From contig CM059432.1 of assembly GCA_030390025.1 (NCBI GenBank), positions 144,834,001 through 144,898,000 of the forward strand: a stretch of 64,000 bases of DNA. The letters run 5' to 3'. Source of the stretch: Squalus acanthias (Eukaryota). Position numbers and translations under genes: made by a program. The notes below the pieces were generated by a model, which saw nothing but the letters and a program-made list of their open reading frames with translations, did no database searches and was not told the origin of the DNA. Shown here one piece after another: positions 1-12,008 of this stretch (its first letter is position 1; every line of letters starts with the position of its first letter).

Positions 1-482
1 GGCCATTCTGCTTTCTGTGCCGGTGAGCTGAGGGACTCCCGAGAACTGAAGGGAGGAAGCCTGGAGGAGAAAGTAAAGGTAAGTAAAACTTATTAAAACA
101 CTTTACACACACCAAACACACTTACCTCTGCACTCATGCACCCATCACTCACCTGTACACCGGACATCTCGACCCCTCCAAGCCCTGCAGACTGATGGTC
201 CGCCTCGCTAACTTGGCGTGGTTTGGAGCTGTCGGGCAGCCCACACTTCAGGGCTAAAAATAGGGATTAGCCAAAAAACTGCCCGTTAACTACCTGTTAA
301 CAGGCAGTTAATTGGCACTAATCCCCTTCCCGCCTCGGGGAGGCGGCTCCCAGCACAGGTCGGGTACCTGCCTCCTGGGACATTGGCATGGAGGTGGGTT
401 GGGTACGTGCCCCCCGAATCTGCAATTTTCCCACCACTCCCACCTCCAAACCCGCCTCCACGGGGCTTGGAAATTCGAGCCC
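1..482. mobile_element. Right part of a MITE-like element
   Basis: Ends GGAAATTCGAGCCC; internal GTTAAC palindromes; abuts a CR1 fragment. Confidence 0.5.
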
Positions 483-820
483 TATGCCCCTATTTATAAA
501 GCTCAGGATCGCATATGCTTTATTAACTGCATTGTTAACTTGTCCTGCAACCTTCAAAGATTTCTGCACAAACACCCCAGGTCTCTCTCTTCTTGCACCC
601 CCTTTAAAATTGTACCGTTTAACATGTATTGTCTCTCCTCATTCTTTCTACCAAAATGCATCACCTCACACTTTGCTGCGTTGAATTTCATCTGCCATCT
701 GTCTGCCCATTCCACCAGCCTGTCTATGTCTTCTTGAAGTCTACTACTATCTTCCTCACTGTTTACTACACTTCCAAGTTTTGTGACATTTGCAAATTTC
801 AAAATTGTGCCCTTTACCTG
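483..820 (-). mobile_element. CR1 RT fragment
   Basis: KFANVTKLGSVVNSEED...WQMKFNAAKCEVMHFGRKN. Confidence 0.85.
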
Positions 821-2959
821 TAAATGTCCCCACTTTTCAGAACCAAGCTGAAGCCTATCAAGAGATCACATGGTTTTGGGTGGGATGGACAGTGTATATG
901 TTGTGATACACAAGGTATCACAATTGTGTGGGACAGGCTCCATGGACCAGACGGTCTTTACCTGTCTGTCATTGTTCGTAAGATTTCCTTATTTTCCCTC
1001 TCTCCAGGCCCCTCCCAACCAGGCTGGATGACAAAAAGTAAGACAGTACCCATTCAGAGTCTGCCACCTGTCAGTCAGTCACGGTTGAAGCCTTTGAATG
1101 GCCCAGCCAGATGGTTCTGACTGGCAGAGTGCAGAAATGGATGGAGTGCAGCTTTAGCAAGAGCTTTGGTTCCATTAATTTCAGACCAATGGAGGCCAGA
1201 GACAAAAGGCATCAGGGGTATGGGGAGAGAGCGGGAATACGGTATTGAGATAGAGGATCAGCCATGATCATATTGAATGGCGGAGCAGGCTCGAAGGGCC
1301 GAATGGCCTACACCTGCTCCTATTTTTCTATGTTTCTATAGCAGTTTGAACTGTTTTTTGTGGCCTTGATTGAACTGCTGGGATGCTGCAGAGGTCGCAC
1401 TAGCTTCAACAGAGATCTTACCATCTTTAATTTCACCCAAATTGTTTTAAACAAGTGGGTAAGAGTCAAAGACAAAAGGTGTCATTAATTCTCTGACAAA
1501 CTGGGTGTTTTTATTTTCACTCAACTGCCCAGTAAACAGATTTTCAAAATGGAGAGTGGGAGAGTCAGATCAGAAAGGATTTACAGTTACATAGCACTTC
1601 GTCACATCCTCAGGATGTCCCAAAACCAATGAATTACTTGCGAAGTGCAGTCACTGCAGTCATTGAGGCAAACACGGCAGGCAATCTGTGCCATGCGTGG
1701 TCCTGCTATAGAATGAGACCAATGACCAGTTAACCTGCTGTTTGTGGCATTGTTTGAGGGAGGAATGATTGAGAAGTACGGTGTGATAAAAGTTCCTATT
1801 ATAACTAATAAAACATTTAAAATATTGTTTAAATGCTAAATGATAATCTGCAGCACAAGAAAGAGCAAAGTAAGAGTAAGTGAAATAGGACGAATATTTC
1901 ACCAGTGAGCAGACCTAAACTCTCTCACAACCAGATCGCCCAAGATTTATCAGATCAGTCGATGCTCCAAATTTTCTTCCCTTCAAATAATATTTTTTAA
2001 TTCTGTATCTTGCAGTATTCACAGAATGCAGAAATAATACAATTTAGTCACAGGTTGCCTGTTAAAATCCATTAAAGATTTACTTCATCCAGTATCTGCT
2101 GCCCTCTGTAGTAAAATCATATCATGACACCCACATATTTACTATAAAAACTTGGATTAACATTTTGCAAACAAATTTCAAAGTGCTGAATTGATTACAA
2201 GTTCAATACAGCTAATTTATTCCAAAGGATTTTGCTACCTTTAATTATCTATGTCAAATTTGCTCATTCCTTTTTTAATACCTCCATTGTCATTAAATTA
2301 TTACAACTGTAGAATTACTTTGGCATGGTTAACTTATTATTAAATTCTTCACAGAACATGTAATTTAACTGGAAAATATTATTTGCATATTAGACTAACA
2401 ATACCCTAGTGGATCCCATGGCATTGTTCATAGTGAGTCAGAGGATGAATTGTTTCATAATATGGGCCAACTAAGCACAACAGTAACTATGCCTCGCATC
2501 TCGAGCATGGCTGGGGATATCCCCCCACCCACAACATTATTTCTCTCCCTCTCTCTTCCTGCATCACACATCCCCTGATTGAATGTGCCTGTGCGTGAGT
2601 GTGCGTGCGTGCGAGCAAATTAATATGAAGCAAGGGAGTTGTGTCCTGGCCAACGTTCCTGCCTCAGACAACACCTGAAAAATAGATTAACTGGTCATTC
2701 AGTACACTGATGTTTGTGGGATTTTTCTGTGCATAAAATGTCTGCCTTGTTTGCCTTCATAACAGCAGTTACTACATCCCACCAACAAGTAATTAATTGC
2801 ATGGGAAGTGTTAGGAGAGATCGGAGATACATGTAACAGCATTATTCTTCATTCGTTCAACAGGATTTCAGTCCTGTGCTCTCCACCATCACGGGAACAC
2901 CTTCACCTGCCCATTCTCTTCCAGGACACGTACTACTCTGGCTTGGGCTGTATCATCAT

Positions 2960-3130
2960 TCTTTCATCACTGAGTTAAAGTACTTGAATTCCCTGCCCCA
3001 ACAGCATTGTGGGAGTGCCATTACCACAAGGGCTAGAACAGATTAATATGGCCCTGCGCCACCTTCTCAGGGAAACTAGAGATGGGCAATTACTGCGGCC
3101 TTGCCAACGCCACACACATCATGAGAACAA
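2960..3130 (+). mobile_element. 3' fragment of the same LINE family as 48427-51675 (further copies at ~52065-52185 + and ~57660-57790 -)
   Basis: ccaccttctcagggaaactagagatgggcaattactgcggccttgccaacgcc is the reverse complement of the 48440-48530 tail. Confidence 0.7.
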
Positions 3131-3925
3131 ACAGATTTCATTAAAAATTCAGTCCATGAACCACCAGCTCCTGGAGGTAGCAGAAAATCAGTCTAACTTC
3201 AGCAGTTTACAGAACAGATCCAGCATTAAAGGGCAAACCTCTACTAGTTGTGCACCCAAGTTTGGCAGGTTTTTAAGGAGACCTGATAGTCTGAAAAATA
3301 CTTAGTTCTTTAGTATTCTAAACAGACATGTTTAAAAATTAATTTGGTTGCCTCTGGTATCCTGTGAGAAATAAGAACCTTTTCAAACTCCCAGTCCTAT
3401 CATTGACTTTTGTCCGAGACTCAGACCAATTTACAATTCTAGGGAGAAAGGAGCTTTTATTTTTATTCATCGCTTTACTCAGCTGTCTCCTGCACAAGCA
3501 CCAAGGCAGCTCAGGGAGTAAATGGGAGAGAATGCAGCTTTGAAACAGTGGTAGTCATTCTTTTCCATCTTTGCCAGCTTCTGAAGCATCCCAGTACAAA
3601 CAGGTGATCTCAACAGTCAGCAGGAACACAGAAAGCAATATGTGCGATGAACCTCAATATTAGAAAAATGGTACAGGATCACAAGAGTGACAACAGGATC
3701 AAGAGCCAAGTTTAATGAGGTTATTTGGACACTATTTATGTGAGCGATCCAGGTACAAAATACACTAGTGTACCAATGCCACATCCCGTGGAATGACAGG
3801 ACACGTTGCCACTGCAGCTTTCAAGTCTAAGCCAAGTGGACAGACAGTTCTTCCTTGGAAGGAAGGACAATGCAACCCAAGCTACTCTTCCGCACCTCCT
3901 ACCAGTTAGACCTGGCAAAGATCTA

Positions 3926-4057
3926 GGCCAGGGAATTTCCTCAGAGCTGCTCCCACTCTGGCGGAAGTGCGACGGAAACTCAGTTTGCACGGGAAATAGG
4001 GTTTCCGGAGAAGTTATGGCAGTAGAGTGGGATCAACTCTGAGAAAATTTCCAACCC
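3926..4057. mobile_element. Short palindromic MITE (related copy at 13932-14046)
   Basis: GGGAATTTCCTCAGAGCTGCTCCCACTCT ... AGAGTGGGATCAACTCTGAGAAAATTTCC inverted arms. Confidence 0.7.
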
Positions 4058-5061
4058 TAAAGCAGGAGAGAAAAGCCAACCATAAAAAAAGTGAGGAATG
4101 GCCCAATCCTTTGGCTTTTCAGAAAGCTATGGGATGAGAATCTCCCTCGCACACAGACAAATCATTGCTTTGCTGCCCCGTGAAACAGGAACATTTTTCA
4201 GTGTGACCTACCAAAACAAAAGCACCCGAGGGTGCCTCATCTCGGAGATTTTATAAAGTTTGCTCCATTCTGGTGAAACGACCATGCTTGGAAGCGCACA
4301 ATGCTTCCTGTTGAGGTAGCTTACCAGATAGTTTCTTTCCAGGCTAGAAGAGATACTTCCTTAACTTTACATCAGATCATCAGTGCGTCCCAATGTCTCA
4401 CTGACCCTGTTCCCTTTTTTATATAATAGTTGTATGGTATTATCCTTCTAGACAAGGACTCACTAAGCATGAATAATGATAGGGAACTGATCTCCAAGTG
4501 TGACATTATCTTCTTTCCAATGGGTTCAATTGCTTCAAGTCCTCCTGTTTCTAAGGTGGTGGTGGGGGTGCTTCCACATCCAGTTGAAGAAGTATCCATA
4601 TGATGTGACAATATGGAAAGCAGATGAATAACCAATCCCTGCAAAACACTAGCTCAGTTTCTCTAAACCTGGCCCGATTCTCCAGGGATAGAATCTCTAT
4701 TGGAATGTATTTGGATTCATGTGACGCAACTCTAGGGCTCACGGATTATAGGTCTGTCACTCATTAATTAAATTCCAAATTACTGTAAATTATCTTTTAT
4801 ATATTACATTAAAGAATTCAAAAGAGCTTATATTATTTAACAATTTCTGCACTTGAGGAAATAGACTATGACAGATTACAAAACTTAATATTTACATCAT
4901 TACAGATGCTGTCATTTCAATCTGATACAAATTTACTTTGCAAGCAGGCAATCATTAAAGAATCAGTGGTAATCAGCAGTTCAAGACTGGCATTTAAGAG
5001 ATCAATTACTAGACTGCATTAAATCCCCTTTGACTGTTAAACAAACAGAAAGCATTGGTAC

Positions 5062-5166
5062 CTGTTGGTGTACTGTAGGAAACTGCAGCGTCTCCTCCCA
5101 GATCAGCAGGTGGGAAGCTTCCCTTCAGGAAAACAGACAGTGTTACACTTCTCGATGTCCCAGGTT
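5062..5166 (-). CDS. BBS9: BBS9 coding exon (105 nt; ~exon 14)
   Basis: tcacag|AA CCT GGG...ACA G|gtacc; (E)PGTSRSVTLSVFLKGSFPPADLGGDAAVSYSTPT. Confidence 0.94.
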
Positions 5167-5891
5167 CTGTGAAAGTATGCAACATCATCATTACTTTCTT
5201 TCCTTAGTACGCTGCATAAAACCCAATTATTTTCCTCTCTAAAAATGCACTCAGAGAATATATAAAACAGCAGTCATTAAAAACTGCATCCCTCCTAATC
5301 TGGATTTTAAATACTTGCGAGAACAAACTTGAGAGAGGGAGCGAGTAAAACATTGTTTAATTTAACGTTCTTTTGGAATGCCAACACTTCAGAAATTTCA
5401 GGCCTGCCCCAGATATTCTCTCAGGTTTTCTGCCATAGGTGGTCTCTGTGTCCCTGACAATCAGAAGTTTACATTTATTGCCCACAATCTAATCATATGA
5501 AAGCGTGATCCAGGGATGTGACAATGGAACCGCCTTATTGTACAAAGTGGTCACTGTGAATTTGCACACGCGCTTCCCCAATCTTCCAACAAATGCTTCA
5601 CAAATTGGTATGAGGGAAAACTACAGTTTGCATTACAGAAATAGACCTTTATTAAAAATGCAGATATTGTAGAATTAACTTTAAACCAACAGATTCAGTT
5701 ATAGTAAAGTATTAACAAAAATAAACTCCAGCCCAACATTGTGAAGACGGCAGCACTTGATATATTTATTTCCAGTACTTTCCATAATACACAAACATCA
5801 CAGAGAACCAAATCACGAGCTTCCAATATAAGCTGCTCCCAGAATGGGTGCAATCCAGGACTGACCCACTCAGTTCAGCAAATGCACTTAC

Positions 5892-5994
5892 CTATGGCAG
5901 CAAAGTTGAGTTGGTCTTGTGTTACTGCCAGTGGAGACTGCACACATACAGATAGTTTCACATCCTGGACAGTAAGTCGGCTCCAAATTGTGAC
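5892..5994 (-). CDS. BBS9: BBS9 coding exon (103 nt; ~exon 13)
   Basis: aactag|GTC ACA ATT...ATA G|gtaag; VTIWSRLTVQDVKLSVCVQSPLAVTQDQLNFAAI. Confidence 0.92.
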
Positions 5995-6067
5995 CTAGTT
6001 TAAAAATAAGTAGAACTGCTGCAATCTTGTCAGATAATTTTGACTATTTGCTATAGAAGGGATAATT

Positions 6068-6464
6068 CTTTTAAAAATTCATTCACAGGATGTGGGCGTC
6101 GCTGGCAACATCAGCATTTATTGCCCATCCCTAATTGCCCTCGAGAAGGTGGTGGTGAGCCGCCATTTCAGAGGGCACTTAAGAGTCAACCACATTGCTG
6201 TGGGTCTGGAGCCACAAATAGGCCAGACCGGGTAAGGACGGCAGATTACCTTCCCTAAAGGACATTAGTGAACCAGATGGGTTTTTACAACAATCCGGTT
6301 GTTTCATGGTCACCATTACTAGCTTTATTTAAATTTGATTTATTAAATTAACTGAATTTAAATTCCCCAGCTGCCATGGTGGGATCTGAACTCATATCTC
6401 CGGATCATTAGTCCAGGCCTCTGGATTACTAGTCCAGTAACATAACCACTATGCTACTGTACCC
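6068..6464 (-). mobile_element. tRNA-derived SINE / non-autonomous derivative of the 48427-51675 LINE
   Basis: A box TAGCATAGTGG (6446-6456) and B box GAGTTCAGATCC (6382-6393) on the minus strand; body and 3' tail match the ends of the long element. Confidence 0.85.
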
Positions 6465-8459
6465 CGGATAATGTCCATTTATCACCCACATGACATTTCT
6501 ATACATTGCAAAGGGCACATACCAAGATCAGAGTCTCAGCTTGTTTTGGCCTGAATGGATAAATTTACACCGTGAAAACATAATCAAACCAGGGCCTGAG
6601 GGAATGGTTGGGAGGAAGCTTGATATGTGGAAATGCCTCAACAAGTACGTGAGGGAGAAAGAAATAGAAGGGTATGTTGATGAAGTAAAATGTGAGGAGG
6701 CTCGTTTGGAGCATAAACACCGGCATAGACCTGTTGGGCCAAATGGCCTGTTTCTTTGCTGTAAATTCTATGTAATCTGAAGAATGAAGAATGTCCTACA
6801 TTGGGTAATCCGTCTCCCTTTCTTCATTTGCACTATCCTCTAACTGACCAAGTACCACTTCAGGAGGAAAAGGGAGGCCCTTGTGAGAACAGACTTTCCA
6901 AAAGGAGAATCAGTACAGCAGCTCGTCAGAGACCACGAGAAAGCCGCAAATCCCTATCTCCATTATGGTAATGGTGTCTATCCCAAGATAAACCAATTGG
7001 ACCAGCGTTTTAAAGTGGACTAGATACTGCTCACAGTTCTGTGTTAATCATATATCATAGAAGTTGATCAGCCCTCATTGAAGACTTCTGACCACGAGCA
7101 CTTCTGTCACAGAGAAATTCTGTCACAAGAATCAGCAAGGGAGCAAGTGGTCACACGTGGGTCTCTCAAGAGGACAGATATGCTGCCAGAGAAGGAAAGA
7201 CAAATCCAGAGGGATTGTGGTTTTCAAGTTGTGCAGCTGGATCAATGGAAAGACACTACCTGAAACACTTGGAGACTAATGAAAGGCATCAGGGAGCAGC
7301 CTGTACTAGTAACTGTATCACAGAAAATTTAATCTAAAAAGCTTTCCCTGATATAGCCAACTGGCTGTCGAAAGGCACGCATCCTTAAGATCCAATGCAG
7401 GCAGCCCATTTTAAAGTGCCTGAACAGCATGAGGAAGAGTAATCATGTCAAATTCCACCTTCAGTAAGGAATTTGTTTAGGGGTTTAAAATCCAGGAGAT
7501 TGTTGAGACCACAAAATAGTGCGAGAAAAATCCACTTCTCTCCTGTACGGCAAGAAACTCCTCCCTCACTGCTTAAAATAGCAACTTGCACAGTTCATAG
7601 GTGGTTATATAAACTATCCTTCCACCAGCCTGAAGCTAGGAGACTTTGTGATGGGAAAGTTCTGAGTGAGCATGGTGATAGCTTTGCACTGGCCTCTGCA
7701 AAAAGGTTCAGTGACCCCCTCCCCCCCACTCCCAACCATTTGAAATCCTGGGGGCAAACCTTGCCAGGTATGGACAGTCACAGCTGCTGATGCTACAGTT
7801 GGAGGTGAACACAGAGGGTTCGATTAAGCAAATTGGACCTAGCATATTTGGCCTCCTCAGCCTATCAACGGGAACTGTTTATGTAGATTCCCTCCCCTCC
7901 CCCCCCCAATCCCTCAGCTGCACCTCGAGAGGAAGGGAGGAGGCCATAGTGAACAAACCTTGCCGAGGCTGTCAACTTTAGAGAGACTCCATTCCCACAA
8001 CAGTGGCCTCCAGAACAGCCACATTCAGGTTCTGAGCTGCATGGGAGTTGAAAACATCTCTGGGAAAGATTAAGCCAATGCTCCTTCGAGTCAAAACACT
8101 CCATTTAGAGTTTTCTCCAATGGAACTTCAATGCCAGAGCAGAGTGTTTTTTTCTTAACTACCAAAGCTAGCTTATTCAAGTCTCTAGTAGTAGAGATAA
8201 ACTGTACTACAGATGCTGGAATACACTCAGACAAATCGATGGCCATAACCGCTGATTGGAACGAGGCTCAGGTTGGACCTCCAACTCCGGAATTCCACTT
8301 CGCTGAGTGAATGCGCTCTCAATACTCTTGGGATGAACTTCGATGGGCTAAGTGATATTTTCTTATCCCTCACTTGTCTTATTTCTGATGCTACACTAGT
8401 TCTCCAAGTGACATTGATAGTTGTATCCCATTATCAGAATGAAAACACTTGTACAATAC

Positions 8460-8510
8460 CTTCAGTGAAGTAGAAGGAACAGCCACATCTACGGCATTGT
8501 CAGCTGTTTG
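8460..8510 (-). CDS. BBS9: BBS9 coding exon (51 nt; ~exon 12)
   Basis: ttacag|CAA ACA GCT...CTG AAG|gtattg; QTADNAVDVAVPSTSLK; phase 0-0. One codon shorter than the recalled human exon (QATDVEVGTDLVPSVTVK). Confidence 0.88.
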
Positions 8511-9171
8511 CTGTAAAACAGGGAAATGGCTTTCATTATAAAGTGTTAATGATTTTAAACGCCCGAAAGCTCTCAGTATCAGCAACCAGTGCTTTAATGA
8601 GCAATAACAGCAAACGCACTGTAAAGCGCCAATCATTCCATCCATTTAATATTTCTACGGTCTTCCATCAAAGCACCCCTCAAATTAAAGGCTGGATCAA
8701 CATTATCTGATTTTACAAACTCTTGGTGCATTACATGGCAGACTCTCATCCCACTTCCTGGGTTGCTTGTTAAACGATAAGCTGTCACTGATATTACATC
8801 TTTTCCACTACAAACAAAAGTCCTTTATATGACTATAAATTTCAAAGCCAGACTCGGACATTTTTTTACTAATTTTTTTTTATATAACTCTGAAGATATG
8901 GCCATTGAATGTGGAATTAGATAGGTAGGATATATTTACTCTCTTATCAAGTAGTAAAGACTTTCAGTCTTTCTTCTCTGGCTACTGAACTATTTCCATT
9001 GTTTATCACAGAAACCCAAGCACAAAGCACTTTATGTCGTCCATGGGAAATTGCAGTTTGACCATTCAATTACTAACTCTGTTTTTCTTTTTCTCCCCCT
9101 CAGATTACACTGCCAGTTGGTTTCCAAAATGTAAAAAAACATGCCCTAAATAGTTATTTGGCCTCACATAC

Positions 9172-9248
9172 GGAAATTGCATCCAGGTTGGGGGAGACGG
9201 TAACAGTCACTTTCAAATCATCATCGTTTTCAGCCTTAGGCAAAATAT
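9172..9248 (-). CDS. BBS9: BBS9 coding exon (77 nt; ~exon 11)
   Basis: tttcag|AT ATT TTG...ATT TCC|gtatgt; (D)ILPKAENDDDLKVTVTVSPNLDAIS. Confidence 0.93.
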
Positions 9249-9491
9249 CTGAAAGAAAATGGGACAATATTGCAATAGAAACTATGTAATTATCTTCCTA
9301 AATACATTACATCCTTTAATAATATTGCCAGATTTGAAATACAAACGAATCTTCTGTCATCAAGAGTACATCAAAGGCCCAATGGAATTCACTCAGTCAT
9401 AACATAAAATTCAAATATATTCCTTTTACAGTTAATGTAGAGACCATAAGATAACACTGGGCCAAAAATTGGGGGATTGGGATGGTCATTG

Positions 9492-9870
9492 TCATAGAGT
9501 TATACAGCACAGAAAGAGGCCCTTCGGCCCATCGTGTCCTGCGCCGGCCATCAAGCCCTGTCTATTCTAATCCCATTTTCCAGCACTTGGTCCGTAGCCT
9601 TGTATGCTATGGCATTTCAAGTGCTCATCTAAATGCTTCTTGAATGTTGTGAGGGTTCCTGCCTCTACCACCCTTTCAGGCAGTGAGTTCCAGATTCCAA
9701 CCACCCTCTGGGTGAAAAAGTTTTCCCTCAAATCTCCTCTAAACCTCCTGTCCCTTATCTTGAAACTATGCCCCCTGGTTATTGACCCCTCTACTAAGGG
9801 GAAAAGTTCCTTTCTATCTACCCTATCTATGCCCCTCATAATTTTGTACACCTCAATCAGGTCCCCCCTC
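9492..9870 (-). mobile_element. CR1 3' end fragment
   Basis: YKIMRGIDRVDRKELFP...NFFTQRVVGIWNSLP plus 3' UTR. Similar fragments at ~1205-1339, 6590-6775, 14735-14905, 16900-17150, 28880-29250, 42838-43175, 46075-46440 and 53487-53690. Confidence 0.85.
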
Positions 9871-11039
9871 TATGTAACTGTGTGATGTCTAAAGGCTGTT
9901 GGAAGAATTATGTACCTGAAGCTATCTACAGAAAATTACTCCACAAATGCTGTTTTACATAATACTCTTACTAGGCAAAAAGGCATGAACTAAAAAATTT
10001 TAACTTAATTAATTGGGATATTTCAAGCCATAAATGTAATAAATGCTAAGTTCCAGAATTGTGAGGGGATGTAGAAGTTGTGGCCACTTTCCAAAAATCA
10101 TTATCTGTTGTTTCGATGAGCTGTCTCAAGATTGATTATTTCTTGTCCTGTTTTGCTGCCTCCTCGTTTCCCCCCCGCCTTCAATGTCCCCACAGCCACC
10201 ATTCCTGGCTCCTGTGGGAATGTTGAGCATTTCCTACCGATGGGTAAATCAGCAACAGTATCATGTTTAGTGTTATCAGCTGCTTTTCTTAGATGTAGGC
10301 TGAGCTTTCACAGCATTGTGTTGATGGCCATTAATCAGGTTACTTTCCTCTACATCCACCTATACGTGTCTGTCTGAACTTGGGTAAGCTTCCTAATTCT
10401 CCAGTACTTCAATTCAGGACGACTAAATAAGGAACTCTTTCAATGCCGGTAAATTATAATCACGTACAAATATTGTTCTGCAGTAATGATACTATTAGAA
10501 TCATCTTATGGAGGTATCGCGATTTGAGGACAATAGCTTTTGGGTTAAGACAAGAGTATATTATGAATAACATGAGTGGAGGATTAGGGGAAGGGGAAAT
10601 TGAGCGGTGTAGTAGGATATGTACTGCTTTTACATCAGGCTGATGGGATGAACATCTCTTTGTGGGTGCACATCACACGCAATTTCCCTCAGCAAGGCCG
10701 CAGGATGACTGGTGTGAGAAATGGGAAAATATCGCACCACAGGGGATGCTCTTTGAGGACAGCGCGCAGTGTTGGCTGTCAAAATGTCAAGTATTCCAAT
10801 TCCTAGCAAACAAACATCTCTCACCTCGGTAACCATTAAAATTCATAACCAGAAAGTTATAATGTGGATGGAACAGTGAGCAAAAGGCTCTAAACAGGAT
10901 TTTGATGAAACGAGAGTGAAGCCAACACACTATTGTATCCACGTACTCGAATGGAAACTTGTGTTTCTTATATGACTGAACATTAGTAAGGTTGCATTTC
11001 TTTAGGGTTGAAGGGATACAAGTTGACACTGATGCAAAT

Positions 11040-11465
11040 TAGATAAAAAGTAAAGCACGCCTGTCAGCATCTGAAAGAGAAAGACAGGTTCATTTTTTGG
11101 ACGAGACCCTTCAGCAGAATTAGCAAGGTCAAGAGGAGAGCTCCTTTCATTTGGCTGAACAAAGAAAAGATTTCCCCCCCACAAGTTCACATAGCAAAGA
11201 GATCTATTGTCTCATATCACTTCTTCGGTTTTCCACAAGCACTCTACTGATCACTGTGCTGCTTCTCCTGTGTGTGCACACGTGCAATTCTTTTCCCCTT
11301 TTTAAATGTTGTTCATCTGTAATATCCTTCAGCTCTGAAGGTTGTTCCATACCTGAAACGTTAACTTATCTGTTCTAGTCACAGATGCTGCCTAACCTGC
11401 TGAGTGTTTCCAGCATTCTCTGATTCTGTTTCCAATTTCCAGCACCTGCAGTTTCTTTGTTTTTT
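11040..11465. mobile_element. Two decayed Penelope-type terminal repeats in inverted orientation (11040-11125 -, 11330-11465 +)
   Basis: ctgaaggttgttccatacctgaaacgttaact...cagatgctgcctaacctgctgagtgtttccagca and a reverse-complement counterpart; degenerate CUGA/GAAA cores. Confidence 0.6.
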
Positions 11466-11826
11466 GGTTAAAGATGCAACTCATTTCAAAGTCTGTAAAA
11501 ATGTGTTATCATTCTGTTGCTGTGTACTTCCATTTTCTGTTTTTAAGATAGAGTCCATTTTATGCCTACAGAAAGTGGATTTACATTTTAAATTTCCAAT
11601 CCTAGGTTTTTATCTGCTGCGTTAAAATGTGGGGTAAACCTGGGGCAAAGCAATTTTTAAATAGTTATCTATTATCTGTGGATACCATAATCAATGAGTG
11701 TTAATGCGGTGTAGAATATGAAACTTTCAGAACAATATGTGTTTAGCAGATTACAGATCACACACGTTAAAACAAAGGAACATTTTCAGACTGAGGAGGT
11801 CTAGTCACTGTTGATAAATTGTGCAC

Positions 11827-12008
11827 CTTGTGTTTTTGTAGCTTCCTTGATGACCTTGTGCAGTTCTTTCATTTCTGTGTCCATTTCATCATAATTTAGT
11901 TCCCTGGACTCCACTTTTGGAGCCTGGAAGAAGGAAGGATCTGTGCCCAAGTATGAACACTGCAGGTGGCCACCGTCACTTAATGTCACCACTACTCCCT
12001 TCAAGTCC
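11827..12008 (-). CDS. BBS9: BBS9 coding exon (182 nt; ~exon 10)
   Basis: gtgcag|G GAC TTG AAG...CAA G|gtgcac; DLKGVVVTLSDGGHLQCSYLGTDPSFFQAPKVESRELNYDEMDTEMKELHKVIKEATKTQ. Confidence 0.96.

Noticed and set aside
2858..2878. cacag|GACTGAAATCCTGTTG resembling the BBS9 micro-exon
   Set aside because: No GT donor follows and the frame does not give DRNPD.
6380..6464. tRNA gene
   Set aside because: A and B boxes are too far apart, there is no cloverleaf, and it continues into a SINE body.
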